From the NCBI GenBank assembly GCA_030390025.1, contig CM059431.1, forward strand, positions 125,738,001 to 125,802,000: a stretch of DNA of 64,000 bases. The letters are read 5' to 3'. Positions 34,067-46,599 of the stretch are shown here, in pieces. Both the position numbers and the translations under genes were made by a program. A model generated the notes under the pieces. The model made no database searches, had not been told where the DNA came from, and saw only the letters and a list, made by a program, of their open reading frames with translations. Numbering within the stretch: position 1 is the first letter of the stretch; each line of letters begins with the position of its first letter. This stretch comes from Squalus acanthias. Its lineage: Eukaryota.

Positions 34067-37000
34067 CTAGAACCAGCACAGCCCGTCTACCTGTGTCCGC
34101 TCAGCTATGATGCGTGGAGGCGACCTGTGGTGGAGATGGAGGTAGAGAAACAGAAGGGCAGTTATTTGTTGGACACGGGAGCTTCTTGCACCATAATCCA
34201 TACAGATAACCCTTTTGACTCGCCGCTATCTACCAAGGTCCCATTCACGCTGGCAGGGTTCACAGGAAAGAACAGGCTGGCACGTTTTCCCTCCGCTATC
34301 CATTCGTTTAGGAACACTTCGCCTTAAGTGGAAGTGTATACTGATGGCATGGCAAAAGGGGGGTGGAAGAGGTATTCTCGGGTCCGATCTCCTAGCGGGA
34401 CACGGGATCCTCGTGGACCTCAGAAATCACTGTCTCTGGGGGGCTAAAGGTGAAAAAGGCGAGGTAATGGTGATTCCGGGGGAGGAAGAAACAGGGGTCC
34501 TGTGTACCGTACAGCCATCCGGAGGCTACGACCTCAGGCTTATGGTCGCAGATGTCCCAACGGACATGCAAACGTACGTGTCAGATAATATGCACGCGTT
34601 TGCAACCCACAAGCACGATTGTGGGAGGGTGGTCGGGTTTGAGGTCAGCGTAGATGGGGACCCCATGACCCGACCCCAAAAGCAGTATAACTTCCCCAAA
34701 GAAGCAGAACCCGATATGGAGACAGCAATGTCTTCCTTGGTGCAGCAGGGCGTGTTGAGGCCGATAGCCACACACGTGAACTCCCCATTATGGCCGGTTA
34801 GGAAGCCGGATAATTCGTGGAGAGCCACGGTGGACTACAGAGTCCTTAACAGTAACATTCCCGCCTGCGCGCCCACAGTAGCAGCAGTTGCTGACCTAAT
34901 AGGGAGCATCCCAGCGTCCGCGACCACGTTCACGGTGCTGGATATCTCGAACGGTTTTTGGTCCATCCCGCTGCGGCGAGAGGACCAGTACAAGTTTGCC
35001 TTTACGTTTAAAGGGCAACAGTACACGTGGAACTGTTTGCCACAGGGTTTCCACAATAGCCCCAGTATTTTTCATCAGTGTATGGCAGGAAGTTTAAAGG
35101 AGTTTAGTCAGCCCAATCAGATAGTACAGTATGTGGATGATTTGCTCCTATTTACGGACTCAAGGGAGGAGCACGGACCACTACTGGACGAGTTATTGGA
35201 GCTGTTAGCGAGAAAGGGTTTTAAAGTAAACCCAAAGAAAGCACGTATCGGTCAGCAGGAAGTAAAATTCCTGGGACTGACCCTACGCGCTGGGGAAAGA
35301 GCCATAGACAAAGCAAGGAGGGAGTCGGTGCAAGAATTACCGATTCCCAACAACGTAAGGGGTGTGAGGTCCTTCTTGGGACTGACCGGTTACTGCAGGG
35401 ATTTTATCGAAGATTATGCGGCCACAGCGGCGCCGCTCCTCCGACTCCTCCATAAGGGGGTGGAGTGGCTTTGGGACGAGGGCTGCCAAGCAGCCTTCGA
35501 GAAGTTAAAAAGGGATCTGCAGACCGCGCCAGCCTTAGGGGCCATAGATGGGGGGAAGGAGTTTTTCCTGGAGGTAGCTGCCAGCGGAGACAGCTTAAGC
35601 GCCGTGCTGCTCCAAGAGCGTCACGGCAAGCTGAGGCCGGTTGTCTATTCATCCAGGGTATTAACGGATGTGGAGAGAAGTTTCTCCAATTGCGAAAGGC
35701 ACCTTTTAGCCACGCATTGGGCTGTGAAAAGATCAGCGATCTTCACAGGGCTCTCTCCCATCACTCTCCTCACACATCACACACCAACTAAGATGCTTCT
35801 GGATGGGAGGATTAAAGACGGGACCGTAAGCAGCGCACGCATTGCGCGTTGGACCCTTCTTCTCTCCCAGTTGGATCTTAGAGTAAAAGGTCTTTGCGAG
35901 CCCAGGCTTGCGGCCAATTTGGTATACCCCGGTACAGCCCACCGGTGTTCGGTGGAAGGGGTGTGGGACGTCAACATAGGTTTACGGGCCGGGATACATC
36001 CCACTGGGCGCGAGATTTATGTTGATGGGTCTAGCACAGTGTCTGCTGGCGAGCGACTCACAGGGTGTGGAGTTTATGACCCTGCGGCAGACCTTGCCCT
36101 GGCGATCAAGCTCCCTAGCACCATGAGCGCGCAGCAGGCTGAGCTGTCTGCCGTGGTGTACGTGGTGACCCACCCAGACATTTTCCCAACCCCATACACG
36201 ATTTGCTCGGACAGTATGTTCACCTGCAATTCGTGTACGGAATACCTGGCCATTTGGTCCCGCCGCGGATACACCTCCGCGGACGGGCGACCTTTAACGG
36301 TGAAGCCCTTGCTGGAAAAGATCTTAGCAGCAGCAGTAGGGGAGGAAGGGGAGATTTTCATCCATAAGGTGAAAGCTCACTCCTCCACAGAGCCCCGTGG
36401 GGAGGGCAACCGGCAGGCGGATGCGCTAGCCAGGGAGGGTGCCCGCGACGGCACTTTCTGGAACCCCTATAGGACCGGACCCATAGCAGCGGTCCGAGGC
36501 GGGGACGGGAATACCGGGAACACCAGGGTAGCATTGCCCCTAGACCTTAAGACCGTCCAAGCCCAGGATCCCGCCCTAAAAGCAGTCCTAAAAACGATTG
36601 CTGAGGGGAGGCAGGTAGAAGGTCCGTACAGTACGGCAACCCTCTCAGTTAAGGAAGGCATGCTGTTCCGCGGGGAGCAGTGGGTTGTGCCGCAGCAGCA
36701 CAGGAGGGAATTCCTCCAGTTGGCTCACGAGGGACCAGGGGCAGGGCACCCCGGGCCCGAGGTTACCTGGCAACGGGTAGAGCAAGCGGGATGGTGGCCA
36801 GGGCTCAGGGAACAAGTCCGCGAGTTCTGTGCAAACTGTCTTGTGTGCGCTGCAAACAACCCAGACCCCCAGAAAAGGAAGGTGCCCATGGGACACGTAA
36901 GAAGGGTAGAGGGACCATGGCAGTCGATACAGATCGACTATATAGGACCCCTGCCCACCACCCAGGGAGGTTATAAGTACTGCCTCGTCCTGGTGGATGT

Positions 37001-38589
37001 GTTTTCCAAGTGGGTGGAAGCCTTCCCTTGTCGAACAGCTACGGCACTGGGTACAGCAAAAATCTTGGTCCGGGAAGTGTTCTCGCGGTGGGGACTCCCC
37101 CGTTTCGTGGAGTCAGACCAAGGGAGTCATTTCACCGGCCAGGTGATGCAGAACACCCTCATGCTTTTGGGCATTGAAGGGAAGTGGCACGTAGCACACA
37201 ATCCCCAGTCATCCGGGATTGTTGAACGTATGAACCGGACCCTGAAGGAGAAATTGAGGAAAGAGACTAGGAACTCGCCCCAAAAATGGGCGGAAGTTCT
37301 GCCTTTAGTCCTCATGGGGGTCCGGGCCAGTCAGTCAAAAAGTACGGGGTACTCCCCGCACGAGGTAATGACCGGCAGGCTCATGCGAACCCCCACCCAT
37401 GTGCTAGCCCCGGTGCTCACTGAGGGTCAGCTTCAAGAGATAAGCAGGGACAAGTTCGCCCAGACTCTCTTGGAGCGCCTGAAGCAAGTTTATGAGCAGG
37501 CGGCTGGGAACATGGGAAGGCAGCATCAGGGCAATCGCTTGTTGCTGGAACCCCGCAAAACGCGGGAGTGGGAAGTAGGAGACCAGGTCATGGTCAGAAA
37601 CTACGCCAGAGTAGGGAGTCTGGAACCACTGTATATGGGACCCTACAACATTGTAGACAAGGCGAGTCCCATGGTTTACGCCGTAAAAGTGCCTCGGCGC
37701 ACTAAGTGGTTCCACATAAACCAATGCAAACTGTACCAGCCGGGTGCGCAGGGGAAAACTACAGGGGTAAATCCCGCCAATGGGAAAGCACAGCCCCAGG
37801 TAGGACCACAAGGCACACAGGCAGGCGTAGCAGCTTGCATCAGGGGAAGGGACATCCCGGACGATCATGCAGCGTTTTTCTGGAGTTGGGGGTTAGATGA
37901 CGAAGAACCCAGGGTACCCTGGTCAGATGAGGATAGTGCAGATGAGCATAGTGATGATGACGGGTGGTTCCTGAGGAACGGTCTGGGAGGAATGGGGCCG
38001 ATAGGTAGAGATCCACACAGGGTGGACACACAAGCTGCAGGTCCCGAGGACAGGAGGGAGGAGCTAGAGGAGGCAGGGCCAGCCGCTATAGGAGCACAGA
38101 GAGTACCAATGTGGCTCCCAGAGATGTGGCCGCCCGCCTTTGAACGTCCAGTCCTCAGGGGAGGCAGAGATCACGAGTGAAGGGCCGCCTGCTGGGCCGA
38201 GCAGGGCGGAGCCACGAACTGCCAGCCCCGAGGTTAGGGAGGCGGAGTCAGCGGAGGCGGAGCCGGCGACTGTGATGGAACCCCAGGTCATCCCGTTGGA
38301 GGTCTCGGAACCCGGTCCGTCCGTCACGGAACCCCCGCCCATAGCAACTCCCCGTAGGTCAAGTAGAGAACCCCAGCCCAGGAGGATGTGGTCATGTCCC
38401 CAGACTGCCCCAAGGCGTAAAATTCAGGTTAAGATAACCCGGGTAGAGACAGGCCACATCGCAGCAGTAACAGGCTGCGGCAGATCAGAGGAAAGGGTCA
38501 GCGCAGCAACAGGCTGCGGCAGATCAGAGGGAAGGGTCAGTGCCCTCCCACCGTCGGGAAGAGCTCGCAGCAGCCTTCTCAGAATTTAA
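34067..38589 (+). pseudogene. pol: pro-pol with C-terminal extension; single-base indels near 34267, 34293 and 38138
   Basis: ORFs 34127-34327, 34215-38180 and 38140-38589; same catalytic motifs as the inner copy. Confidence 0.93.
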
Positions 38590-38875
38590 AGGGGCCGCCC
38601 TGAGAACGGGCGGCACTGTAAAGTTATTAGTTTTAAGTTTAAGTTTGTAGTGTCAAGGTTAAGTTTTAAGTTTTAATAAGGCTAAGTTTGTAGTGTTTTT
38701 AACAGAAAACGATAAAATGATGGGAGTTTTAAGGCTAGGTTTAGAGGAAGTCTATGCAGCAAACGTTGAAGTTTACGTGAGGCGAGGTCAGGGGACCCGC
38801 TCACCCTTCACAAAAGCCAGAGACTTTTGCGAGGCTGGCTACCTCATTCTATCTGATCACAGGAACCAAGGAAGG

Positions 38876-41226
38876 ATGGAACGAATTCTAGTATTGCTCG
38901 TGGCAATCGGATGTGGATTGGCCTATCGAGGCCACACCAAGGATGTCGTGGTGTTTGGATGTTCCGGGGACACGGCCCCCATCGCGGTGGATGGGACCGG
39001 AAGACGGAAGGCAGAGGGGACCAGCACCTATTTCCACAAGGGAAGGTGGCCAGGATGGCTGGGAACGAACTCAACGGAGTATTCCAGCACATCGGGGTTC
39101 GCCTACAAAGAGACTTCTTTAATGTGCCCCAAAGTAAGGATCATCGCACCCAGGATCAGCGTCACCGTCGGCAAACGGATTTGTTTGACCTGTAGTGGGA
39201 ATGTCCCATTGAGCCGATGGTGGTGGCTGCGAAAGCTGAGCAAAACTATGAGAAACTCTTCGGTCGAGTGGGAACGACTGGGTAATAATACCCATCGGAC
39301 AATTACGGGGACAGACGGACAAGTGAAAGTCTGTTGGGACAAATGGTGGGAACCGGATGAGGGATTTATGTATGTATGTGGGGGTCAAAGTACGTTTGCC
39401 CCAAAGGCATCTCCATATTTTTTATTAATCAATGGCAGGATAACGGACAGGGGATGAGGTGGGATGCGAGCACCAGGGGGTGCGGAGCCCCATTCTCCCC
39501 GATCCCAGTAAATGCCACTGAACTCATTACGCGCCCACGCAAAGCCCCGCCCACGATTCCGGTGGTTCTAGCTGAGGAAGAAGGGTGCCCTAAAACTAGT
39601 AAGGGACCCGGAAACGGTTTGGTACTGGTCCCCACAGACCAGATACTATTTCAGGGGGTACATTACGCGGTGGCCTCGGTGATTTTAAATCTCACTGAGG
39701 TACGGTTACCAGAGTGGTGCCCCAAAAAGACGGAACAGTTGTATCAGGTCCTGTTGACCAAGATGTTCAGACAATTTTACGAGTTTGATTTTGCAGAAAT
39801 TGATAAGACAAGTTTGTACACCGCACCGCAGGAAGTTTTGGATCAAGTAGGGAGGCAAAGAAGGGGTTTGGTGAACGATGCGTTCACTGCTTTTAACACA
39901 GGGACATCTGTGGTCAACGCTCTAGACAGTGTGGAGCTGCAGACCCAGATTAATGGTTTAAAAACACAGTTAAAAGACATTCTAACAGATGAGAATAAAG
40001 TGGTAGGGTCAGGTCTACACGAGGACCAAGCCATGACTCTCCATTTAAAGGAAATTATAGCAGAGCTGGAGAAACATGCGCGTACGGTAAATGCCCTGAT
40101 CAGGGAAGATCGGAATGCATCCGATCAAGCTGCGCAGAACGAGGTGTGCGTGCTTTACGGGGCGTGGTTACTGGGCGAGGGCCGCAGTAATTTGGAGGAT
40201 TTAAAACAAGGTTTGGTTCCGTCCTGGATAAGTAACAAACACCTACGGGCGCTCCACCCTTTTCAGAACGCATTAAGTCCGTGCCAGCTCAGGCTAGCTT
40301 CAGAAGCTTACCCAGTCCCCGTGGACTGCGGACGTTCAAACCATACTATTATGGGAATAGTATTACGCATGCCGGTTTTGGGCAACACAGCAAAGCCCGC
40401 CCCGGTATATCGGGTAGAGAACATTGGTGTCATTCAGGGGGGAGCCCACATTCGTTATGCAGCGGTTCCACCTTACGTCATCCGCTGGGAGCAAACGATG
40501 ACAGGTACAGATCTCTCTGGTTGTCGTGGCAGGGGAGCACACATAATACTGTGCCCCCAGCACTTGAATGCCTTTTTAACACCACAGTGCGGGTTCAGAA
40601 CGGCTGGCGCCAAGTCCATGAATTGCACCATGGAGGCAATGGCACAAGATCATGTGCCTCCGCAGGTAGCATACATCGGGGGTGGAACATATTGTGTTAC
40701 CACTGCAGCGCAACACTACCAGCATGGAAACCGTAGCCGGTGTCCGGTGAGTGACAGCAGTTTCTGTTTTAAACCCAGGGCTGAAGTTCAAGTAGCACAA
40801 CAGCGAATTATCCCAATCCCTGAACCATCCACTGTTCATCTCACAGTAAAAGAGAATTTCACCGACTTGCAGCGATTTGTCGCGCATTTTGGATACCTCA
40901 TTCCCCCTCTCCCTGAGCATTTAACCAAACTTCTGAAAGCCGTCGCGGTATCACAGAAACATTTTTATACATTAGAGCAGAAAACTGTCGAAATAGGAAC
41001 AGACATTTTAGACATAGTAATCCCGCCATGGTGGGATCTGTTCACAAACATTCAAGTACCGTCCTGGATCAGAATAGCCTCCCATATTTTAGTCGTCTGT
41101 CAAGTGTTTATTGTAGTGTACCTATTGGTCATACATTGTAAAATAGACAAGCGCCTCACCAAGCATGAAAACACGGGAGAGTGGCGAGAACGTTACGTGC
41201 GCGTGCACGATGAGAGCACCGTGTAA
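38876..41226 (+). pseudogene. env: env; one frameshift near 39362
   Basis: MERILVLLVAIGCGLAY signal peptide after the splice-acceptor-like CTCATTCTATCTGATCACAG (AG at 38861-38862); ORF 39376-41226. Confidence 0.9.
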
Positions 41227-41637
41227 TCGGAAAATGGCGCCACTCCCGCTCGCCGCGTGCGCCGCGGAAGTTTGTACTCATTGTAAATACGTTGGAAACT
41301 CGACATGTTTAAGAGTTGGGATTTGTTTATTTTGGTGATGGTGTTGATTGTTTGGTTTTGGGTTTTGTTTTTTCCTTTCCCTGAATAAAAGACAAATATA
41401 CAGGTGATGCGTGAGGTATCGGCCTGGTTACGCCGGGAAGGAAAACAAGTGGTGTAAGTTTAAGGGCAAATGATGCCTACGGTGATATAAAATGTGATTT
41501 TCTTGGGAAATAAGGACGACACAGAGACCCTAGTTAAGTTAAAATTTATGGGATTAATTTACTGGATTCGGAGTGAAATCGAGATAAGATTGCTCACCAC
41601 TGTGATTTTTGATACGATAAGCGGAGTTATTCGCATC

Positions 41638-41649
41638 AACAGGAGGGAC
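41638..41649 (+). promoter_or_regulatory. Short polypurine tract
   Basis: AACAGGAGGGAC directly before the 3' LTR; identical in all three proviruses. Confidence 0.7.
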
Positions 41650-43327
41650 TGTAGAATTCGCAATATATCGCGATTTGATTAATAAGGAGAAAACACAAAG
41701 TTTCGTTCAAACAGCTTTTATTTCAGCAGAATGCTGGCAGGTTTAAATTGGACACAAGCAGCCTGTAAAATGGCCGCCGCACCTCGTGACAGAACATTCT
41801 AGACTTTTCAACAGGCAGACAAGATGGCGTTCCATTAAACATTTGTGCAAGATCGATAACGATTCAGCACAGTGAAGATAATACACGAGACATTATGGGT
41901 TTGCAGTATAAACATAGATACTGGAATCGGTCTCCCAGGTACAAAGGAAAGCCATTGTACCGAGTAATCAAGGGCCCATCCAAAGGACATTAATATGTAA
42001 ACTCCCAACGACTCTACGATGAGAGAGCCGTTAGCAGGTAGTTATACATGACACTTGGAAGCCCCAAACCCCTCCAGGGAGAACACCGACCGATTTAACA
42101 ATGGGAGAAATATTAACAGGTACTCAAACATTCATGAGTAGCCCCGAAACCCATTAAGAACGGAGATCACCCATACAAGACATTTGGGCGCCAAACCCTA
42201 AACAAAAGAATGGACATTATAGTTGGGCGGGAAACGGAAGATTTTTGCACTATAATTGCAGGCCCCAAACCGTCCATTCGCTCTCTTGCCTCTTGCCTCG
42301 TGCTCTTGTTCGTGCTCCTGCGTTCGCTCGCTTGCTCCTGTGTTTTATCCGGTCGATTCGTAACCTCGTGGCTGCTCCTGTGTACTCGTAGTTGGGCTTC
42401 TGCGTGCCTGTTGCCTCTTCTGAAAAGACTGTTGAACTTTCTGATCCGTACGGATCTACCTCGTGTCGCGAAACGAAGACCTATGTTGGTAACTGGCAGC
42501 GGAACCAAAGGCCCGAGATGAGATGAGATGAGAGGAGAAGAGAAGAAGACCATATCCATCGCCACGGTCAGTAAATCCCGACCGCGCCTGTAGGTCGATC
42601 AGCCAAGTTTCTCCTTGCCAGGAAGACTTCTTTGAACTTTAAAGGACAGACCCCGGAAGATTCTCCTTTGAGATATTGACTAATCTGTGAAACCCACCAA
42701 CAGAGGTCTTCATCACAGCAGACGGTCCAGCCTACTAGCCGAAGCAGCAGAAGCAAGTAAACAAGTGGGACCAGGAGATCTCCTGACCGACACGTGGGTG
42801 CTGCGGTGAAAAACATCCGATCAGCTATTCGGAATTTCTCCGAGTTATCACGAGTGGTGAGCATGAGTCTCGAGATCCTACGAAGCTAGTTTAGGATAGA
42901 TATTGATAGGGGAGGGTTTAAAGATTAAGGATATTTGTAATGTGTGCCCCTATTTACGTTGTGCCGTTCGTTCCTCGTTTCCCTAAGATCGACTATATAA
43001 CTGTTTGTAAGATTGTACTGTCATTAATCTGTGCTTATGACATGTATTTCATAATTTTAAGTATCATGCAATAAAGTTTTTCCATTTCGTACCATTCAAA
43101 CCAAGTCTACATGAGTTTTATCTCCATTACTGCTCTCGCATCTAAGTCCAGTGTCTAGAACCGTAAGGGAGAGTGATTCGAACCACTCACAGGTGTGTCT
43201 AGTGTTCCCAGACAGGCTGGAGACCAGAACAGGCAACCAGGCCTAGACCCGCACTGACATACAGGCTGCACAGAGCCGCGTGAACCTCACAGGCTACGAG
43301 ACACGCAGGGTCAGGGAATCCCTTACA
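41650..43327 (+). repeat. Outer provirus 3' LTR (1678 bp)
   Basis: TGTAGAATTC...CCCTTACA followed by TSD GGTT. Confidence 0.96.
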
Positions 43328-43588
43328 GGTTCAAGGTTGTGAACAGTCTAATTCAGCCTCAGACAGTGGCCAGGGAGAGATGTGGAGTCGATGGCTAAGG
43401 AATGGAGTTTGTGGCGGGGATCGATGATGGCTTTGGTCTTTCCAATATTTAATACGAGGAAATCTCTTCTCATTAGCGTATTAGATGTCAGACAAGCAGC
43501 CTGAAAATGTAGAGGCAGTGGAGGGGTCAAGAGAGATGGTGGTGAGGTAGAGCTGGGTGTCGTCAGCGTACATGTGGAAACTGATGTT

Positions 43589-44348
43589 GAGGCAGAAATT
43601 CTGATCCCTACGGGTGGGTACGCACTCTGTACTCACCCGTAGGGTCAACGGAAATGCCGGTTTTAGGCATGCACTGCGAATGTGCTGGAAACCGGCATTT
43701 CCGATCTGTCAAGAAAGCTCTTGACAGATCCTCCGCCTGCCCGGGAGCAGGGCCTCTGCGGGTGGATAGTTCCGCTTTTTGTAGACCCTCCACCGCTGAA
43801 AACACTTACAATTCTTGCGCCTGGTAAAAGCAGGCGTAAGGCCTGTTTTTACCAGGATAAGAGTTGAAAAAAAGTAAAAAAAAAAAAATTCCACCAATTT
43901 ATCATTTAAAAATACTTTAAAGAAAGGTAAATTTATTTTTAGCCCCGTTAAAAACTATAATTATTTTTTTCAAAAAAGAAAATTTTTGTTTAAAATGCTT
44001 AATTTATTGTAACTTAAAGTCATTTCAAAAATGTGATTTTTTTCTTTTTAATTTATTTAAAGTTTTACTATGTTTTGGGGGTGATCTCTATTCATATATT
44101 TGACAGGTCTTCCTGCCAAATGTATGAAGGGAGATTCCCTTCTCTGATTGGCTCCCCATGATCCACATGATACCAGGGACGCTGCGAACCGCATGCGCCT
44201 CTGGGATACGTGGGCCCTGCGCATCGGCAGTTTGGAGAGGCCCAGCAACGGAACTCTGCGCCTCCCGGGAGCCCTCCGGTGCAGGCGCAGATTTTTCCAG
44301 ATCGCAGCCCTCCGCCCGCGGGAAGCCTGCGAACGGAATTTCTGGGCC
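43589..44348. mobile_element. MITE (Harbinger-type)
   Basis: Imperfect TIRs GAGGCAGAAATT / AATTTCTGGGCC, TSD GTT; interrupts L2; related to 49566-50321 in the opposite orientation. Confidence 0.75.
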
Positions 44349-44889
44349 GTTGTGTTTTCGGACGATGGGCCAACATGTAGTTGAGAAATAGGAGGGAGTC
44401 ATGGATAGATCCTTGCAGGACTCCAGTGGTAATGGTGCAGGACTGGGAAGTAAAGCCTATCCAATTAACTTAGTGCCAGGGACAAACCCCCTGGTTCCTG
44501 GCAGCTGCTTCCGACCGGAACAATTTTAACAGCCAGGCTGCTGTTTCCTGCACCATGCAAATGAGGCCTGACCATTAAAATCAGCAAGACTGCCTGCTGT
44601 CACTCCTGATGGGGACACCACTCGCTTGGCTGTGTATCCACCCTGGAGTAAAAAATTGAGGCCATGATTTCAGAAGTTTTTAACAACTATACTTCAGATT
44701 GCACTGTCTAATGGGGCTCAACACAAAAAAACTAAAATTGCAAGAATCTTATTGCTGAAGAAATAAAAAAATGAAATGGTATGTAACCAAATGTAGCTCA
44801 TTTTATACATGCTTATTAAAAGTTGCAAGAATTTCCATTCACCACAGTACTTTTAGCCAAAGCAAAGACATCAATGCAAACAATAGTCT

Positions 44890-45790
44890 TGCAGGGCAAT
44901 TTTCCCTGGATACTTTAGGTACTAAAGAGCCTCTGATGAGGCCAAGATGGGGTCTTAAGCTGAAACGCCGGATTAGCCCACGTTTAGCACAAGATGCCAT
45001 CTTGGTAAAGGAGTTGAAGCTTGCGCAAGGAACGACCGCCCTGAGGATCGTTAAGGGGCCACTTAAATTGCCTGCTAGCGCTCATTAAGGAGGCTGCACA
45101 GCATTTTGGTGGCTACCGCTTCATTTAATGCCCTCTTCTAACAGCTGATTGGGAGTAAACAAGTCATTGCTGAAGATTTTGAATGCTACTTAAAGGTATA
45201 TCACCTTTCACTGTGCACTTGCTGTTGGAGGTCTGAAGAGGACTCTTGAAACACATTGGGAAACACTCTGGGACAATTTGTCAAGACTTCACCAACACTA
45301 TCAATATTTATTCCAGAAATTAACTGAAGACTTCACCTAAAGAGAGTAAGTGCTGTGCTAATCTACCTTATTGGACACCTTATAGGAGTCTCTAGGAGAA
45401 AGGGAGTGGTGGGTCATGAGCATCTTGGTAGGAATCCACCTGGGTCGGCAGGAGGAATGGGAGGAGGACATGAGGCCAGGAAGAGCAGCACCAGCTACTG
45501 CAGGAGAGGGGCAGGTCGTCGAGCTGGACTCCTTCCCCCTGTGGGTAGAGGACATCCCTCCTCCTCTGGACCTCCTCCACCAGGATCTTCAGTGCCATGT
45601 CCGAAACCCTGCGCACCCTCTCCCTCGGTCCCTGAGTCATCCTGAAACCTGCCGCTGTGTGTCAGTCAGCCCACCCCATACCTTCAGTGGAAGTGGGTGC
45701 ATGGAGCCCACATATACTGCTCCACGAAAATTGCTTCTAATCAGTGCATGAGCACTAAACTTCCGGGTATCTTTTTCTGCGCTTCCAGGC
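44890..45790. mobile_element. Internally deleted Harbinger element (transposase 5' end on +, Myb-like 5' end on -)
   Basis: 45416 ORF EEDMRPGRAAPATAGE matches the 3725 transposase N-terminus; the minus strand gives RVSDMALKILVEEVQRRRDVLYP. Confidence 0.65.
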
Positions 45791-46599
45791 AAATTTAAAT
45801 CATGGTAATGATCACTTAGTCCCAAAGTTGTGTGGTAAAACCAGACTTTCAAACAGCCGTGTCTTATTAGCACAGGACCCACTGAGCGTCTATTTTCACC
45901 TTTTTCACCAAAATAACCACCCTTGCAGTTTGTAAGTGCTTACGTAATACAATCTGCAATAGTGCACAATCATCACTTTTACAATATGAAAAATAAGTAG
46001 AAATTTTGCACAAAGTAATTTATATCACCATATCATTTTCATTTACTGAAGCTTTTTCGGTGTCATGCATTGTCAGATGTAATACATCACAATCTTTATT
46101 AAATATACCATTCAGAGAATCACCATGAGACATTAAAGGAGTATTAAGCATCAGCCGTTACAGTTATATTGGTCTCAAGAAACTGTTTTACTAATACTGT
46201 GGATATTATGCCATGCTACAAGGGACTGCTTGAGTCTCAAAGTGCATTTGTTAGAGTGACAAGTGAAACAATTTGCTGTGATAACCAGGCTCTATTAGAT
46301 TACACATGGTCAAAAATCAGGGTCACAATCCTGGCAGTCACTCTGAGAGCAGGCCCGTTGGCCCTGCTGGAGTATGCAGGGTCAATGGGAGGACATGTCA
46401 TCTGTAAGGTGCTGGTAGATACCTGTGCCACAGTGGACACATCACAGGCATCCACCAGCCCCACACATCAGCAACTCCAATGCCAAGCCACCATCTTGGG
46501 AGGGGGCACCTAGATGACCCTGGAGAAATCAGTCCAGCGCCCCATTAACCAGGGGGATGATACTAAAAACAATTCCCACCGAAAAATGTTTTCTTCTTC

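Larger units (their letters stand above)
17998..43327 (+). mobile_element. Endogenous retrovirus, outer provirus (lokiretrovirus-like)
   Basis: LTR-PBS-gag-pol-env-PPT-LTR. TSD GGTT at 17994-17997 and 43328-43331. The 5' LTR is split by the inner provirus. Confidence 0.96.
16917..44663. mobile_element. Non-autonomous TIR element (Harbinger-type) hosting the nested L2/ERV stack
   Basis: TIRs GGCCTCAATTTT / AAAATTGAGGCC with 3-bp TSD ATG at both ends. Confidence 0.6.

Noticed and set aside
19599..43327. Assembly fold-back artefact explaining the inverted duplication
   Set aside because: The arms differ by many substitutions, have distinct LTR variants, and each provirus has its own perfect 4-bp TSD.
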